From Stramenopiles sp. TOSAG23-6 (Eukaryota), in NCBI GenBank assembly GCA_900128565.1, contig LT635953.1, positions 1-33,906 of the forward strand: a stretch of 33,906 nucleotides of DNA, given 5' to 3'. Numbering within the stretch: the stretch's first letter is position 1; each line of letters opens with the position of its first letter. The position numbers were made by a program, and so were the translations under genes. A model generated the notes under the pieces. That model saw only the letters and a list, made by a program, of their open reading frames with translations, was not told the origin of the DNA and did no database searches. Positions 9,667 to 20,291 of this stretch are shown here, piece after piece.

Positions 9667-9874
9667 CAACGAAAAGTCAAGTCAAAAAGCCGGCCAACAA
9701 CGGCCAACCCAAAAACGGCCAATTTCAACGCGAACGATCTCACTCGTCCACGGGTAGTAAAAGTCCTGTATTCTATTCGTGCCGCATTTTACAACTCTAT
9801 AATATTATCATTGTTTCCCTAATATTCTCTGTGGGAGGATATTAGTACTACGTTAACCTGTGCATATAATCACT

Positions 9875-10402
9875 ATGAGCGATGTATATTATAGAAGAAC
9901 TCACCGAAATAAAGGTCATCTTTTCCCCGATGTTTCAGGGACAAATATTCCACCTTCAGTTGCTCAATATATGTGTCTAGCACCTCCAATAGGATTGTGG
10001 AATATTGAATACACTGAAAGCGACACCCCGCTTGAGCGTGTTTTATTTGACAGAGGAGAATATATAATCAATAGTAGTGAAAGTGAGGACGAACTTATTC
10101 CTCAAATAGTAATGTCAGATGAGTGGAAGAAACGCTTTCAGCGCACAGAGGCTACAAGAAGACGAAGAGCAAACGAGCGTAGAAAGGGACAACGCAAAGG
10201 AAATCCAAGGAAGCCAGCGTGGAAGCGTGATGACTCAAAAACGTATGATCCGCGTGATTTGTTACTTGATGCTATCAAAAGATATGGTAGTGAACCTATC
10301 GCTCGTAAGATTCTTTCAATGGAAGCGTCACTTCAATCAAATTTTGATCGTATGCGTAATGAAACAGGAGCGATGCCCTGGCCCTCAATGCCTCTAACAT
10401 GA
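9875..10402 (+). CDS. GEMIN8: Gemin8-like protein (SMN complex)
   Basis: C-terminal RYGSEPIARKILSMEASLQSNFDR...PWPSMPL matches the Gemin8 end (LYG..A.KI.AME.A.QL.FD....P..WP.IPL). MSDEWKKRFQRTEATRRRR matches the central helix. Confidence 0.7.
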   Translation: MSDVYYRRTHRNKGHLFPDVSGTNIPPSVAQYMCLAPPIGLWNIEYTESDTPLERVLFDRGEYIINSSESEDELIPQIVMSDEWKKRFQRTEATRRRRANERRKGQRKGNPRKPAWKRDDSKTYDPRDLLLDAIKRYGSEPIARKILSMEASLQSNFDRMRNETGAMPWPSMPLT

Positions 10403-10484
10403 AATTTGATATTGCTTTTATTATAATACCCAAACAATTTGATATTTCCTTTATTATAATACCCAAATTAAATATATATAATAG

Positions 10485-11858
10485 TTAAACTGTAATATTT
10501 CCAAGTACAAACCTTTTAAGTTTTGCGTCATCACCGCCAGTTGCCAAAGTATTCGACTGTCGCCAGTCAACACACAGAATTTTACCATCATGAACATCAC
10601 GAATAATATGAGAAGCACTAGCACGCGATATTTTCCCTTCTTCCTCTGATTTATTTTTGGGTGTCTTTTTGCCAATGGCACGCATGTCCCATAGGCACAT
10701 GCTTTTGTCATAAGAAACAGAAGCTAGAAATCTATCTACCTCCTGGCTTTCTGATTTATCGGCCGGTTGAAAGGATAGCGAAGAGACCCACCCATTATGC
10801 CCACCTCGTCTTAATGTGGCACGTGAAATAATATTTTCTGTCTCTGCCACGTCACGAGTATCCCACAGGCGGATAGCATGATCAGGATGGGCTGAAGCTA
10901 TAAGCCCGTTTTGACTTACTGCTAATGCAGTGACTACTTTACTACAATGAATTACACGAGTGCAACATAATTGATCTATATTCCATATTCTCAGGGAGTG
11001 ATCCCATGAACCACTCACTAAAGCACTTTTACAATCTTTGTTTGAAATTCCTTTGTTACCTTCAACCCATGCAATAGCTCCCACACACTGAGTATGGCCA
11101 GAGAGCAATGCAAAAGGGGCTAATTCAGAAGTAGTTGAAGCCTTACGAGCATCTCCTGTCTTTTGTCGTTTCGTTGATGGTCCATCTGAATCTTCAACAT
11201 CACTTTGAGTTGGCGTATTCCACAGACAAATTGTCCCGTCATAACATCCACTAGCAAACTTGTTTGATTCTTTTGACATTGCAATAGATTCTACACTATC
11301 AGTATGTCCACAGCATACAGCTACTACTGAGAGAGAATCTGAAGCAAACTGCCAAAGCACTACTGTTCTGTCCTTCGACGCACTTACAATATAGATTTCT
11401 CCATCCGAACCACGATGTGTTGCAATAGCCTTGATCGGTTGTGTATGATTGGTAGCAGTTGCTAGTGTTTGACCTTTGGTATCAAAAACACGAATAGTAC
11501 CGTCATAACAGCCAGTTACTAAATGTGTACCAAGCTGACCGTCGACACAACTTACCCAATCTGGATGTTCTTCAGCTCCATTTTGTTTTGGAGCTTCCGA
11601 ACGAATAAAGTATTCAAGTGTAAGAATTGACTCAGTAGATTTACCCACACTCATAAGATGTTCAGCAATTGTACTCTGCAATAGTAGCTCGTCCTCTATG
11701 CATAGAATTTGGAATTCCAGCTTTGACATACCGAGTAAATGGTTTAGGATTTCCGATAAACCTTCCCTAGTTAAAGTAGTAGGTACATCAATCGGGGTGG
11801 ACGGGACACGCATGTCCTGCATTTTTGTAACAAACTTCACACGGACAGTCTCCATCAT
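10485..11858 (-). CDS. WDR12: Ribosome biogenesis protein WDR12/YTM1
   Basis: N-terminal NLE/ubiquitin-like domain (VRVKFVT..., GLSEILNHLL, STESILTLEY), HPDWVSCV, and WD40 repeats (TGCYDG, GHTDSV, SGSWDHSLRIWN, GGDDAKL). Confidence 0.93.
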   Translation of the reverse strand: MMETVRVKFVTKMQDMRVPSTPIDVPTTLTREGLSEILNHLLGMSKLEFQILCIEDELLLQSTIAEHLMSVGKSTESILTLEYFIRSEAPKQNGAEEHPDWVSCVDGQLGTHLVTGCYDGTIRVFDTKGQTLATATNHTQPIKAIATHRGSDGEIYIVSASKDRTVVLWQFASDSLSVVAVCCGHTDSVESIAMSKESNKFASGCYDGTICLWNTPTQSDVEDSDGPSTKRQKTGDARKASTTSELAPFALLSGHTQCVGAIAWVEGNKGISNKDCKSALVSGSWDHSLRIWNIDQLCCTRVIHCSKVVTALAVSQNGLIASAHPDHAIRLWDTRDVAETENIISRATLRRGGHNGWVSSLSFQPADKSESQEVDRFLASVSYDKSMCLWDMRAIGKKTPKNKSEEEGKISRASASHIIRDVHDGKILCVDWRQSNTLATGGDDAKLKRFVLGNITV

Positions 11859-12087
11859 TTTATGTACTCTATGCTGATAATTTGCAAAACTAATCTCGTT
11901 TTGTTTGCAGAACTATTCTTCACACTTGGCACTACTGGCACTGACTCTTAGACATGATACCCGGTACCTCAATTGATTTTTTCGATTTTTTCTGACCATC
12001 GACCACTCGTATACTCGTCGACCTTTGACACTCTTGTCTTGAGATTCATTCTCTCGACTCTGTTATTTGATCCACAAACAATATACA

Positions 12088-12655
12088 ATGAAGCTAATCA
12101 TCGGCATTTTTGCTCTTATGGTCGCGTCTTGTTCGGCTTCTAACGCTGAAGGTCAAGCGTTCCTTGAAGAAAATGGGAAAAAGGAGGATGTAGTAGTGCT
12201 ACCATCGGGACTGCAGTATAAAATCTTAAAGTCAGGACCGTCACCAGGAAAATCACCAACAGCAGATTCTCCTTGCTCTTGCCACTACAAGGGCACCTTG
12301 ATTGACGGCACCAAGTTTGACTCCTCATACGACCGTGGACGCCCAACTACGTTTGCCCCAAACCAAGTCGTAAAAGGCTGGACGGAAGCTATGCAGGTAA
12401 GTTTCTTTGTCCTGTCGCTTTGAACTCTACCAATATTATGAGTACCTTTATATATTCTAACACATCACTTATTCTTTCGTATATTTATTTTAACAGCTCA
12501 TGAAAGAAGGCGATACTTGGGAACTCTACTTGCCTTCCGAGTTGGCTTATGGAGATCGCGGAGCCGGAGCCACCATAAAAGCTGGAGACGTTCTTGTGTT
12601 TACTCTTGAAATGATAGAAGTCAAGGGTGGTTCTAAGATGCTTACAGACAAGTGA
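12088..12655 (+). CDS. FKBP-type peptidyl-prolyl isomerase with signal peptide; exons 12088-12396 and 12497-12655
   Basis: Signal peptide MKLIIGIFALMVASCSA. Motifs LPSGLQYKIL, HYKGTLIDGTKFDSSYDRG, VVKGWTEAMQ|LMKEGDTWELYLPSELAYG. Canonical GTAAGT...TAACAG intron 12397-12496 with TTCTAAC. Confidence 0.95.
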
Positions 12656-12854
12656 ATGTGACTCATGTTTCATGTAGTTCAGTGTATATTCGAAGATTGT
12701 TTTAGAAAATTCTGATTTGTTACTACATGTAGAGTTGATTAAGTCTCCTCTCAACTATATAATTGTTGAAAAATTTAACGAAACATATATTGTTGAGAAA
12801 GTTAAGGTAGATGTTACTCAAGTAAATTCTTTTACACCTTCAATTATTTTTTAT

Positions 12855-13781
12855 TTATGAATCAATATCGCATATAAGATTTGAAATTGGATCTTCACTC
12901 GCAAAATCTGCTTCGTTTCGTAAGTCTAAATCTTCAATATTTAAATTGTCCTCGTCGAAAGATTTTAGGTCTGCTTCCAAAATAGTTTGACTGATAGTGT
13001 TAGAATCATCTTCAGATTCTTCCGACAAAAAAACCCACGGCGAAGAGTTCCGTATTGATTCTGTAGATTCTGTATCTGCTATTGCATTATTCATTTCGAC
13101 GTTGCTTAGACTGTAACACAAATCATTCATATTTTTCTGTCCAGTGCTTGAATCAGTAGAGTTTGTCTCAACGGCAGTTTTGAGTTTGTCATAGCTTTCC
13201 TCACAGATAATAGAAACATGATGAAAATAATTTTTCCAAAAGTTTTGTTCTTCAACGTACGAATTCATCCCAGTTTTGTTTGCCTTCAATGTAACAACTC
13301 GTTGGCTACGTACAAGACGAAACCTTACTTGACCAAGGCGAGAGTCAAACTTCAATAACATTTTTGCTTGTTCGATATGCAAAGAATCCATTGAAAAATT
13401 TACTGTGCTGTCAGTAGGCTGAAGGAAAATTTTGTCGCTTGTTGAAAGTTTTAGAATTTTCTCCTTGCAAACTTTACTTTCTCTGGCAATATTGGATGGC
13501 GCAAGGGCTTTACTAGAAGAGGGGGAAATATTTTCCCAGGATAGTCCTTTGAGAAATATATTTTTAGGTGAACATTCTACCTCTAAATTCTGTGCATTTA
13601 ATGTCACCTCTGTCTCTAAATTCTGTGCATTTAATGTCACCTCCGTATCGTTTTCTCTATCAGATGTTTGTGATCCGATATTTTCTTTTCCACAATGCTT
13701 CGACTGTTCTAGCAAAAAATCGTTGTGGGCTTCATGTATTTTTTCTAAAACTGCTGAAGACTGACGTAGTAACCAATCCAT
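12855..13781 (-). CDS. BSD-domain protein (SYAP1-like)
   Basis: AKMLLKFDSRLGQVRFRLV...VEEQNFWKNYFHHV is the BSD signature; acidic tail. Confidence 0.8.
   Translation of the reverse strand: MDWLLRQSSAVLEKIHEAHNDFLLEQSKHCGKENIGSQTSDRENDTEVTLNAQNLETEVTLNAQNLEVECSPKNIFLKGLSWENISPSSSKALAPSNIARESKVCKEKILKLSTSDKIFLQPTDSTVNFSMDSLHIEQAKMLLKFDSRLGQVRFRLVRSQRVVTLKANKTGMNSYVEEQNFWKNYFHHVSIICEESYDKLKTAVETNSTDSSTGQKNMNDLCYSLSNVEMNNAIADTESTESIRNSSPWVFLSEESEDDSNTISQTILEADLKSFDEDNLNIEDLDLRNEADFASEDPISNLICDIDS
13581..13646 (-). repeat. 33-bp tandem duplication (TEVTLNAQNLE x2)
   Basis: ctctaaattctgtgcatttaatgtcacctc occurs twice with a 33-nt period. Confidence 0.9.
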
Positions 13782-14187
13782 TTAGTCCAATTTCTAAGAA
13801 ATAAAACTTGAACTTTTGAAAACTGTATCGTACCAGTCAGTAGGAGTAGACTACTTTTATTTTACACATAAGTGCAATAATGAGAGATTTGAATCACTTA
13901 ATTTGTTTGTTGAATAGATTTCAAAATATAATGTTCACGTTATCGGAATTTCAATTGAAATGAATTTCAATTGAAATGAAATAGTCAAAAAATGAGCTCG
14001 AGAGATGGTTGAAAATATCGGCACCCAAATTAGCTAGGGTTAGGGGTTAGCTCTTAGATTCAGTCTTGAATCTCATATTTGACCCAGCAGCCAGTAAACT
14101 TTACTTATCAGATTCTGTCAAGACATTGACCAACGAAAGTCACCAACCACCACGAATTTATTCTTAATACAAACGTAAAATATAAGT

Positions 14188-15142
14188 ATGGCGAGCGATT
14201 CTACAACACCACAAGCATCTCATAAAAATCGTAGCAAGCTTGGTAAGAAGGCTAATTCTAAGAATGCAAAGAAAGCCAAGCAAAGTCGAAAGGTAAAAGT
14301 TAAGTCTAAGAAGACAACCCCAAGCACATCTGTCCCAACTGTGTCTCGAGTGAGCAAGGCTAAGCTTCTTGCAGCAAAGATATCAAGACAGGAACTTGCA
14401 GTTTTGAATAATCCATGTTTTGTATTGGTATCTAAGCGAGTACGTGCTGCGAAAAAGAAGCTTCAGCGAATAGTTGACTTGGAAAAGTCAAAGGCACAGG
14501 GCAAGGAGCTCGATGCTGCACAATTGCAGTCTCTAAAAGGAAAAAGTCTTGTTGAAACGAAATTGATTGAAGCGGAGAAATTAAAAGAGAACATGATGCA
14601 GGCCGCCAAACAACAGGTATTAGCATCAGAGGCTCAAATGGAAGATGCGATTTCTAAGTTAATCAAATTGTTTGTACTCGCACAACGTAGACCTGATGAC
14701 TCGTTGTTACAGACTGCTTTGGAGTCTATATTTCCGTCTCGGATAGTTTCAATTGAGAACGATGTCATGAAAGCAACTAGTCGTGCATTGATGTTCATTG
14801 AAAATTCAGAAGCGACTATTAATCGTCATAAAAAGATGGAAGAACATGTGACTTATAAAAGTATTTCTGAACATGTTTCCTCTGTTGCAAAAGAAGTACA
14901 AGAAGAGGAAGTGACAGCGGCAGAAGAACTTGTAAAGAAGGAAAAGGAGTCGAAGGAAAAGGAGACAATTGCGGTGAATAAATATGTTTCCGCTGATGAT
15001 GTCGAAGCTATCGAAAAGGATTCTCTTCCCATTAGCAAAGACTATATTCATGTAAATTCCACTGAAGTTAAGGCTCAAATGAATTTAAACTCTAAAACGA
15101 AATCTCAACGTCGTCAGGGAAAGCGACAGAATGAGCAAAAGC

Positions 15143-15186
<44 letters not shown>

Positions 15187-15741
15187 CTTAATTGGCAACA
15201 AATGCAACAACAGGAATTTGTAGAAGAAGTAAATGTTTCTCTTGTAACTGGAGAATTAGAAAATAATTATAATCATGAAACTTGTACTAACATTAATGAT
15301 ACGCAAGAAATTAATGCATCTACTGGTTGGAATGACGTTGTGACATTAGGTGGATGGGATGCTGCTCTACAATCAGAATGTGACGTGAATCAGAATATAT
15401 CTATTCCACCAAAGCCACATTCTAAAACCAAACTCAATGGAAAACAAAATGGAAAACAAAATGGAAAACAAAATTTTAAACAAAATTTTAAACAAAATGG
15501 AAAACAAAATGGAAAACAAAAACAAACAGGAAAACATTCTGCAAAACAACAGCCGCGGAATGCTTCTCAAAACGTATCCAAACAACGTGGTGCATCTCGA
15601 CGCGGAAATAGATCTTATGGGCGTGGAAAAGGTAAAGGTGATAATCGGCAAGGTGGAGAAAATGGTCAGTTGAATCACAAATTTCAAAAGAAAAACACCA
15701 ATAAGCGAACTTCATCACCTAAGAAGTCAACTAATGTATAG
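14188..15741 (+). CDS. Caprin-like RNA-granule protein (helical N-terminal domain, polyQ, RG-rich tail)
   Basis: VSKRVRAAKKKLQRIVDLEK...GKELDAAQ resembles the Caprin N-terminal helix (KK.RNL.KK...L..DQ). Low-complexity tail RGASRRGNRSYGRG. Confidence 0.55.
15142..15186 (+). repeat. (CAA)15 polyglutamine microsatellite
   Basis: Pure CAA run in frame. Confidence 0.97.
15436..15519 (+). repeat. 12-bp coding minisatellite (NGKQ/NFKQ x7)
   Basis: Units aatggaaaacaa and aattttaaacaa. Confidence 0.9.
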
Positions 15742-16258
15742 ATTATATGACCTTTACTTCATTGATCGCAGAAACTGATGCTATGCGAGGAAGTGTTAAT
15801 GAATATGCGTTTATTTGATAAATTAGTACTGCTATTATGTTTTACTATCTTGGAATTTATTTATATGTTAAAATTAAAAAATCCCAAATTATTATACTGT
15901 ATTCATTATGAATGTCTTTTCGATTATACACTTTCAAAACATATTTTTTAAAATTTATCGGCTCATAAAACCCCGTAGTAGAACATTGTATGTTATTAAT
16001 GTTAATGCTAAAGAATACAAGAGGAGGAACTGAAAGTCAGCTACAGTATAGGACTATTGTAGCAAATTCGGAATTTTTTAATAGTAGCAAAATTTGACGT
16101 CATCAAATTCAAAATGAGGTTTTCTTTCTGCATTGTCGTGACTCCAAGACTCATGGTCAGTCACTCACACATAAATTATTATTTTCATTCATCACCATGG
16201 GCAAGATTAAGCTTGCAAGTTAGCACACTTAAGCCAATTGTATTTTGTTACGAGGAAT

Positions 16259-19200
16259 ATGCCGTGTCAGACTACTTTGAATCATCAAAAAGGTGAAGAA
16301 ATTATATTCCCGTTTCCTTTCCCACCCTATGATATCCAGAAATCGCTGATGTCTAGTATATTTAAAAGACTTCAAACCGGTGGTGTTGGTATCTTTGAGA
16401 GTCCGACGGGTACAGGGAAGAGTTTAAGTATAATCAATAGCGCACTACTTTGGCTTAAATGTTACGCACCTCCAAACTATGACGTTCTTGCGGGAAATAG
16501 GAAATTTGAGCAAAATGGAAAAGCTATTGCAAAAGTTCCAGCTGTAGCTTCGTCTTTCAATTCGTCTGACGATGAAGAACCAGATTGGGCTACTCAATAT
16601 GAGTCCGCAGCAGTGAGATCTCTGCGAGAGCGTCATGAATTTGCAGAAAAACGATGGCAGGCTCGAATCTTGGCACTACTTCAAAATGCAGAAGGCTCCG
16701 ACAACTTAAACCGTAAACGTGGCCGTTGGTCTAGAGGCCACCACAAGGGTTCACGAGCAAGCACAAAATCTAAATTATCTAAAAAAGTACTTTCTGACAA
16801 CAAACAAGAGAATTCAACGATATGCGATGATGAAAATGACGATGAATTTCTTGTGGATGCATATGATAGCGATGATGGCGTTAAAGAGGCATGGTGTACC
16901 AGCAGTAGTAGTAGTGATGCGGATGGTTTTAATTCTGATGATGACGACACACCTCTTAGTGTTCGGAAAGTAATTTACTGTACTCGAACACATTCTCAGC
17001 TCTCACAGTTCATGAGTGAAGTTAGAGAAACGACATTTGGAAATCCCGTTGGTAAATCTCGTACAAAAGAAACATCATCGATGATAGAACATTCCGGTAC
17101 CAAAAGGAAACTCTCTTCTACTGATAGTTCTATTGAGCCATTATATGTGAGATGTATGTTTTATTTTTTTTAATTTATATTTGTTTTTCGTACGAAATTT
17201 TGTACCTAACGAATTTTATTTGAAATTTTTTTTGAAATATTTTTCCAAAATATATGTATTGCATTAGGATCTAGAAAGAATCTTTGTATAAACGAAAGTG
17301 TTAAAAAACGGGGAGGGACAAGCATAAACGAATCGTGTCTCGAAATGCAAAGAAATGCAAAATCCATTAGTAAAACATCTGATAAGAATATAAAGAAGGG
17401 AAGTTGTCCTCATTTTGATAAAGGTCCACAAAAATTGTTTGGAGACCATGCGACTGTCAAAGTTCGTGATATTGAAGATTTAGCAGCACTTGGTAAGAAT
17501 ATGGGATCTTGTCCATATTACGGAGCTCGAAAAGCTGTACCTTTAGCAGAATTGGTCACAGTTCCTTATAATATGATTCTTCATAGTGGAACACGAAATC
17601 GATTACAGTTGCCATTGAAGGGAAATATTGTAATATTTGACGAAGCACATAATATTATTGATGCAATTAATAATGCTTACAGTTGTTATGTAACTCATGA
17701 AATTCTAATTGCAGCTCATAGAGAACTTTCACAGTATCTTCAACGATATAAAAGTCGACTGAAAGGTCGAAATATTATTTTTATCAATCAATTATTATAC
17801 GTTTTACGGTCCATTGCCAAATTCATTGACAAGTCTAAAATATCTCCAATTTCAAATGTGAATGGGAAAAGTGTCAATGAAACATCCAATAATAATGTGT
17901 TTTCTCTTAGTGAGTTTGTAACAAAAGCTGGTATTGATCATATAAATATGTTCAAACTTGATAAATATATTGAACGTAGTAAAATAGGACGTAAAGTTCA
18001 AGGTTTTACAGAAAAGTATGTGAAACCTTTTGAAGTAGAGTCTGATGATAACCATAACCCTAATATCCAAACGCAAAAGAAATCTTCAGGCTCAGCACTA
18101 ATGCAGGTCAGGGAATTTCTCATGGCACTTACAACAGCAAATGGTGACGCAAGAGTTCTTATTACAATTGGAAGTGTAAAGATTGTAATGCTCAATGCCT
18201 CAGTACATTTCAGAGAAATTGTAAATGAAGCCCATGTACGTTTTTCAAATTGAATTTTGAGTTTTTTTTTTCATACGAAATTTTGTACCTAACAAGTTTT
18301 TGAAAAAAAAAATTGAAATATTTTTATACAATATATGCGGTGCTTCTTTTGGGCGGTACCATGCAGCCAATTCAAGATATCGTGAATCAATTATTTTGGC
18401 ATGTAGAATCTGATAAAATTACTACACTTTCTTGTAATCATGTTGTTCCTGATTCAAATATAATAGCTCTAACTGTTGATAAAGGACCTATGGGGAAATC
18501 TCTTAAGTTTACTTATAAAATACGAGAGCAAGTAGAGACACAAATTGAACTTGGCCGTCTGATTGCGAACTTATGTATATGTATGTTTTATTTTTTTTCA
18601 AATTCTAAATTTTTTTTCGTACGAAATTTTGTACCTAACAAATTTTAGGTTTTTTTTTTGAAATATTTTTCCAAAATTCATTAGTTCCTGGTGGAGTTGT
18701 CGTATTTTTACCATCTTTTCAATATTCAAAAACACTTCAAACAACATGGAACAAATCTGGTGGTATATTAAATAGAATTGCAAAAAAAAAGAAAATATTT
18801 TGGGAACCACGTAATGCTATTGATGTGGAATCCACATTATTGGATTATTCATTCGCTATAAAGAAATATAATATTTCAGAAAAGTGTAATCAAAATATAT
18901 CGCCCTTGGGCACTCAAAATCAGAATACTCAACAAGAAAAACAAAATAAAAATCTTACTGGTGCAATATTATTCAGTATTGTTGGTGCTAAAATGTCTGA
19001 AGGAATTGATTTTAAGGATGACTTGGCAAGATGTGTAATTATGGTAGGTTTACCTTTTCCGCCTCCTAATAGTCCTGAACTGAGAGAAAGGATGATCTGG
19101 TTAGATGAACAATCTAATAAAAGGACAATGGAGTTACAGCCACAAGATTCAAGAATTTGCTCAAAAGATATAAAAAATAANAACAAAAATAGCGCTGGTC

Positions 19201-19427
19201 AGGATTATTACGAAAATATATGTATGCGGGCAGTGAATCAGTCTATAGGTCGCGCAATTAGACATAAAAATGATTTTGCTTCAATTGTGTTGGTTGATAG
19301 TCGATACAAAGAAGAAAGAATAAAACGAAAACTTCCAGCATGGATACAAAGGCGTACGAAAGTAGCCGATTCATATGGACAAGTAGCAAAATGTTTAGGA
19401 AAGTTCTATCGATCACATAAAGTGTGA
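16259..19427 (+). CDS. DDX11: DDX11/CHL1 Fe-S DNA helicase; exons 16259-17153, 17256-18235, 18337-18580, 18682-19427
   Basis: [90 protein letters not shown]. The motifs are contiguous only after three family introns are removed. Start codon is uncertain. Confidence 0.93.
17154..17255 (+). mobile_element. Introner-like intron copy 4 (GT...AT, 102 nt)
   Basis: GTATGT...TTCGTACGAAATTTTGTACCTAAC...GAAATATTTTTCCAAAATATAT, with no internal AG. Removal gives [13 protein letters not shown]. Confidence 0.87.
18236..18336 (+). mobile_element. Introner-like intron copy 5 (GT...AT, 101 nt)
   Basis: GTACGT...TACGAAATTTTGTACCTAAC...GAAATATTTTTATACAATATAT. Removal gives [14 protein letters not shown]. Confidence 0.87.
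18581..18681 (+). mobile_element. Introner-like intron copy 6 (GT...AT, 101 nt)
   Basis: GTATGT...TTCGTACGAAATTTTGTACCTAAC...GAAATATTTTTCCAAAATTCAT. Removal gives NLCILVPGG. An in-frame AG lies 3 nt further downstream. Confidence 0.8.
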
Positions 19428-19539
19428 ATGTAAATTTAATATGAAATAAATATACTGTCGTAATTATTTCGTACCTTTGAAATTATAAAATACTTCCATC
19501 ATCTATCTTCCACATAAAATGTTCATAGCCATATAAAAG

Positions 19540-19998
19540 TTAGAATCCTAAATCAGACAACCAGCTCTTCACCCTCTTTGTGTGATTGCCCTTTGCTTCA
19601 ATTCTACCATTATATATTTTAACTTCACTTTCCAAACAAACCTTTTGCATCTCCGTAGCGAGGGCATGGACATCTCCTTCATACTTGCGCAATATTGTTA
19701 CAGTCTTTGAACGACCATTTTTATAGTCGATATACACTGGCAATTGCTTACCAATATCTGAACGGAAAATGTTAAACGGAACATTGCCTGCTTCTTTCAT
19801 ATCACGTGTGTAAACTAAAGGTCTAGGATTTTCTGACCACGCCACTTGGTGTTCACGGCGTTGCTTTTTTACCCAGAATGGAATCATACGCTTATTAATA
19901 ATACGATTTGAATGACTACCACTTCCCCCATGCTTGGTTGCGATTGAGCGGGTGAACATGACTATGGTGTGCTTTGTAGCGCTCATGTTGAAGTACAT
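19540..19998 (-). CDS. MRPL49: Mitochondrial ribosomal protein L49/Img2
   Basis: PFNIFRS...QLPVYIDYKNGRSKTVTILRKYEGD...G.IE.KGNH...VKSWL..LGF is the Img2 signature. Confidence 0.9.
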   Translation of the reverse strand: MYFNMSATKHTIVMFTRSIATKHGGSGSHSNRIINKRMIPFWVKKQRREHQVAWSENPRPLVYTRDMKEAGNVPFNIFRSDIGKQLPVYIDYKNGRSKTVTILRKYEGDVHALATEMQKVCLESEVKIYNGRIEAKGNHTKRVKSWLSDLGF

Positions 19999-20291
19999 CT
20001 TGTAGAAAAACTAATAATATTTCTACAGTAGTGTTTTAGTATAGGTTGGTACTGGTAAGTTCAGTAGACTTTGGCACGTGTTGCGTTGCTTTTTGACACG
20101 TGGCATCGGCATGCATGATTTTTTTGATTTTTTTGAATGACATCAGCAAATAACTCACGACGGACTCACGACCAAAAAAACTGAAAGAATTAATAATATT
20201 TTTAGAGTTTACTAAACTTGTTTCAACAAGAAGATTCTGGAAAAAGACTACAATCCCTATAATCACTACAGTGTAATATCAGACGCGGAAG

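Noticed and set aside
17154-18681. CRISPR array or bacterial REP/IS elements
   Set aside because: The copies are dispersed inside eukaryotic genes, with no repeat-spacer periodicity and no cas or transposase genes.
18581-18681. Helitron (A|T insertion site plus hairpin)
   Set aside because: The 5'-TC and 3'-CTRR termini are missing and the palindrome is central rather than subterminal.
16238-19427. DDX11, RPA2 and the GT-like gene as frameshifted pseudogenes
   Set aside because: Every break coincides with a family insertion or a canonical intron, and the exons have intact motifs and no other lesions.
19466-19476. ATTTCGTACCT in the DDX11 3' region as an eighth copy
   Set aside because: Only an 11-nt match, without CTAAC, the donor or the 3' block.
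20075-20102. Two CACGTG boxes in the MRPL49/CDT2 divergent promoter
   Set aside because: Common hexamer; function cannot be supported from the sequence alone.
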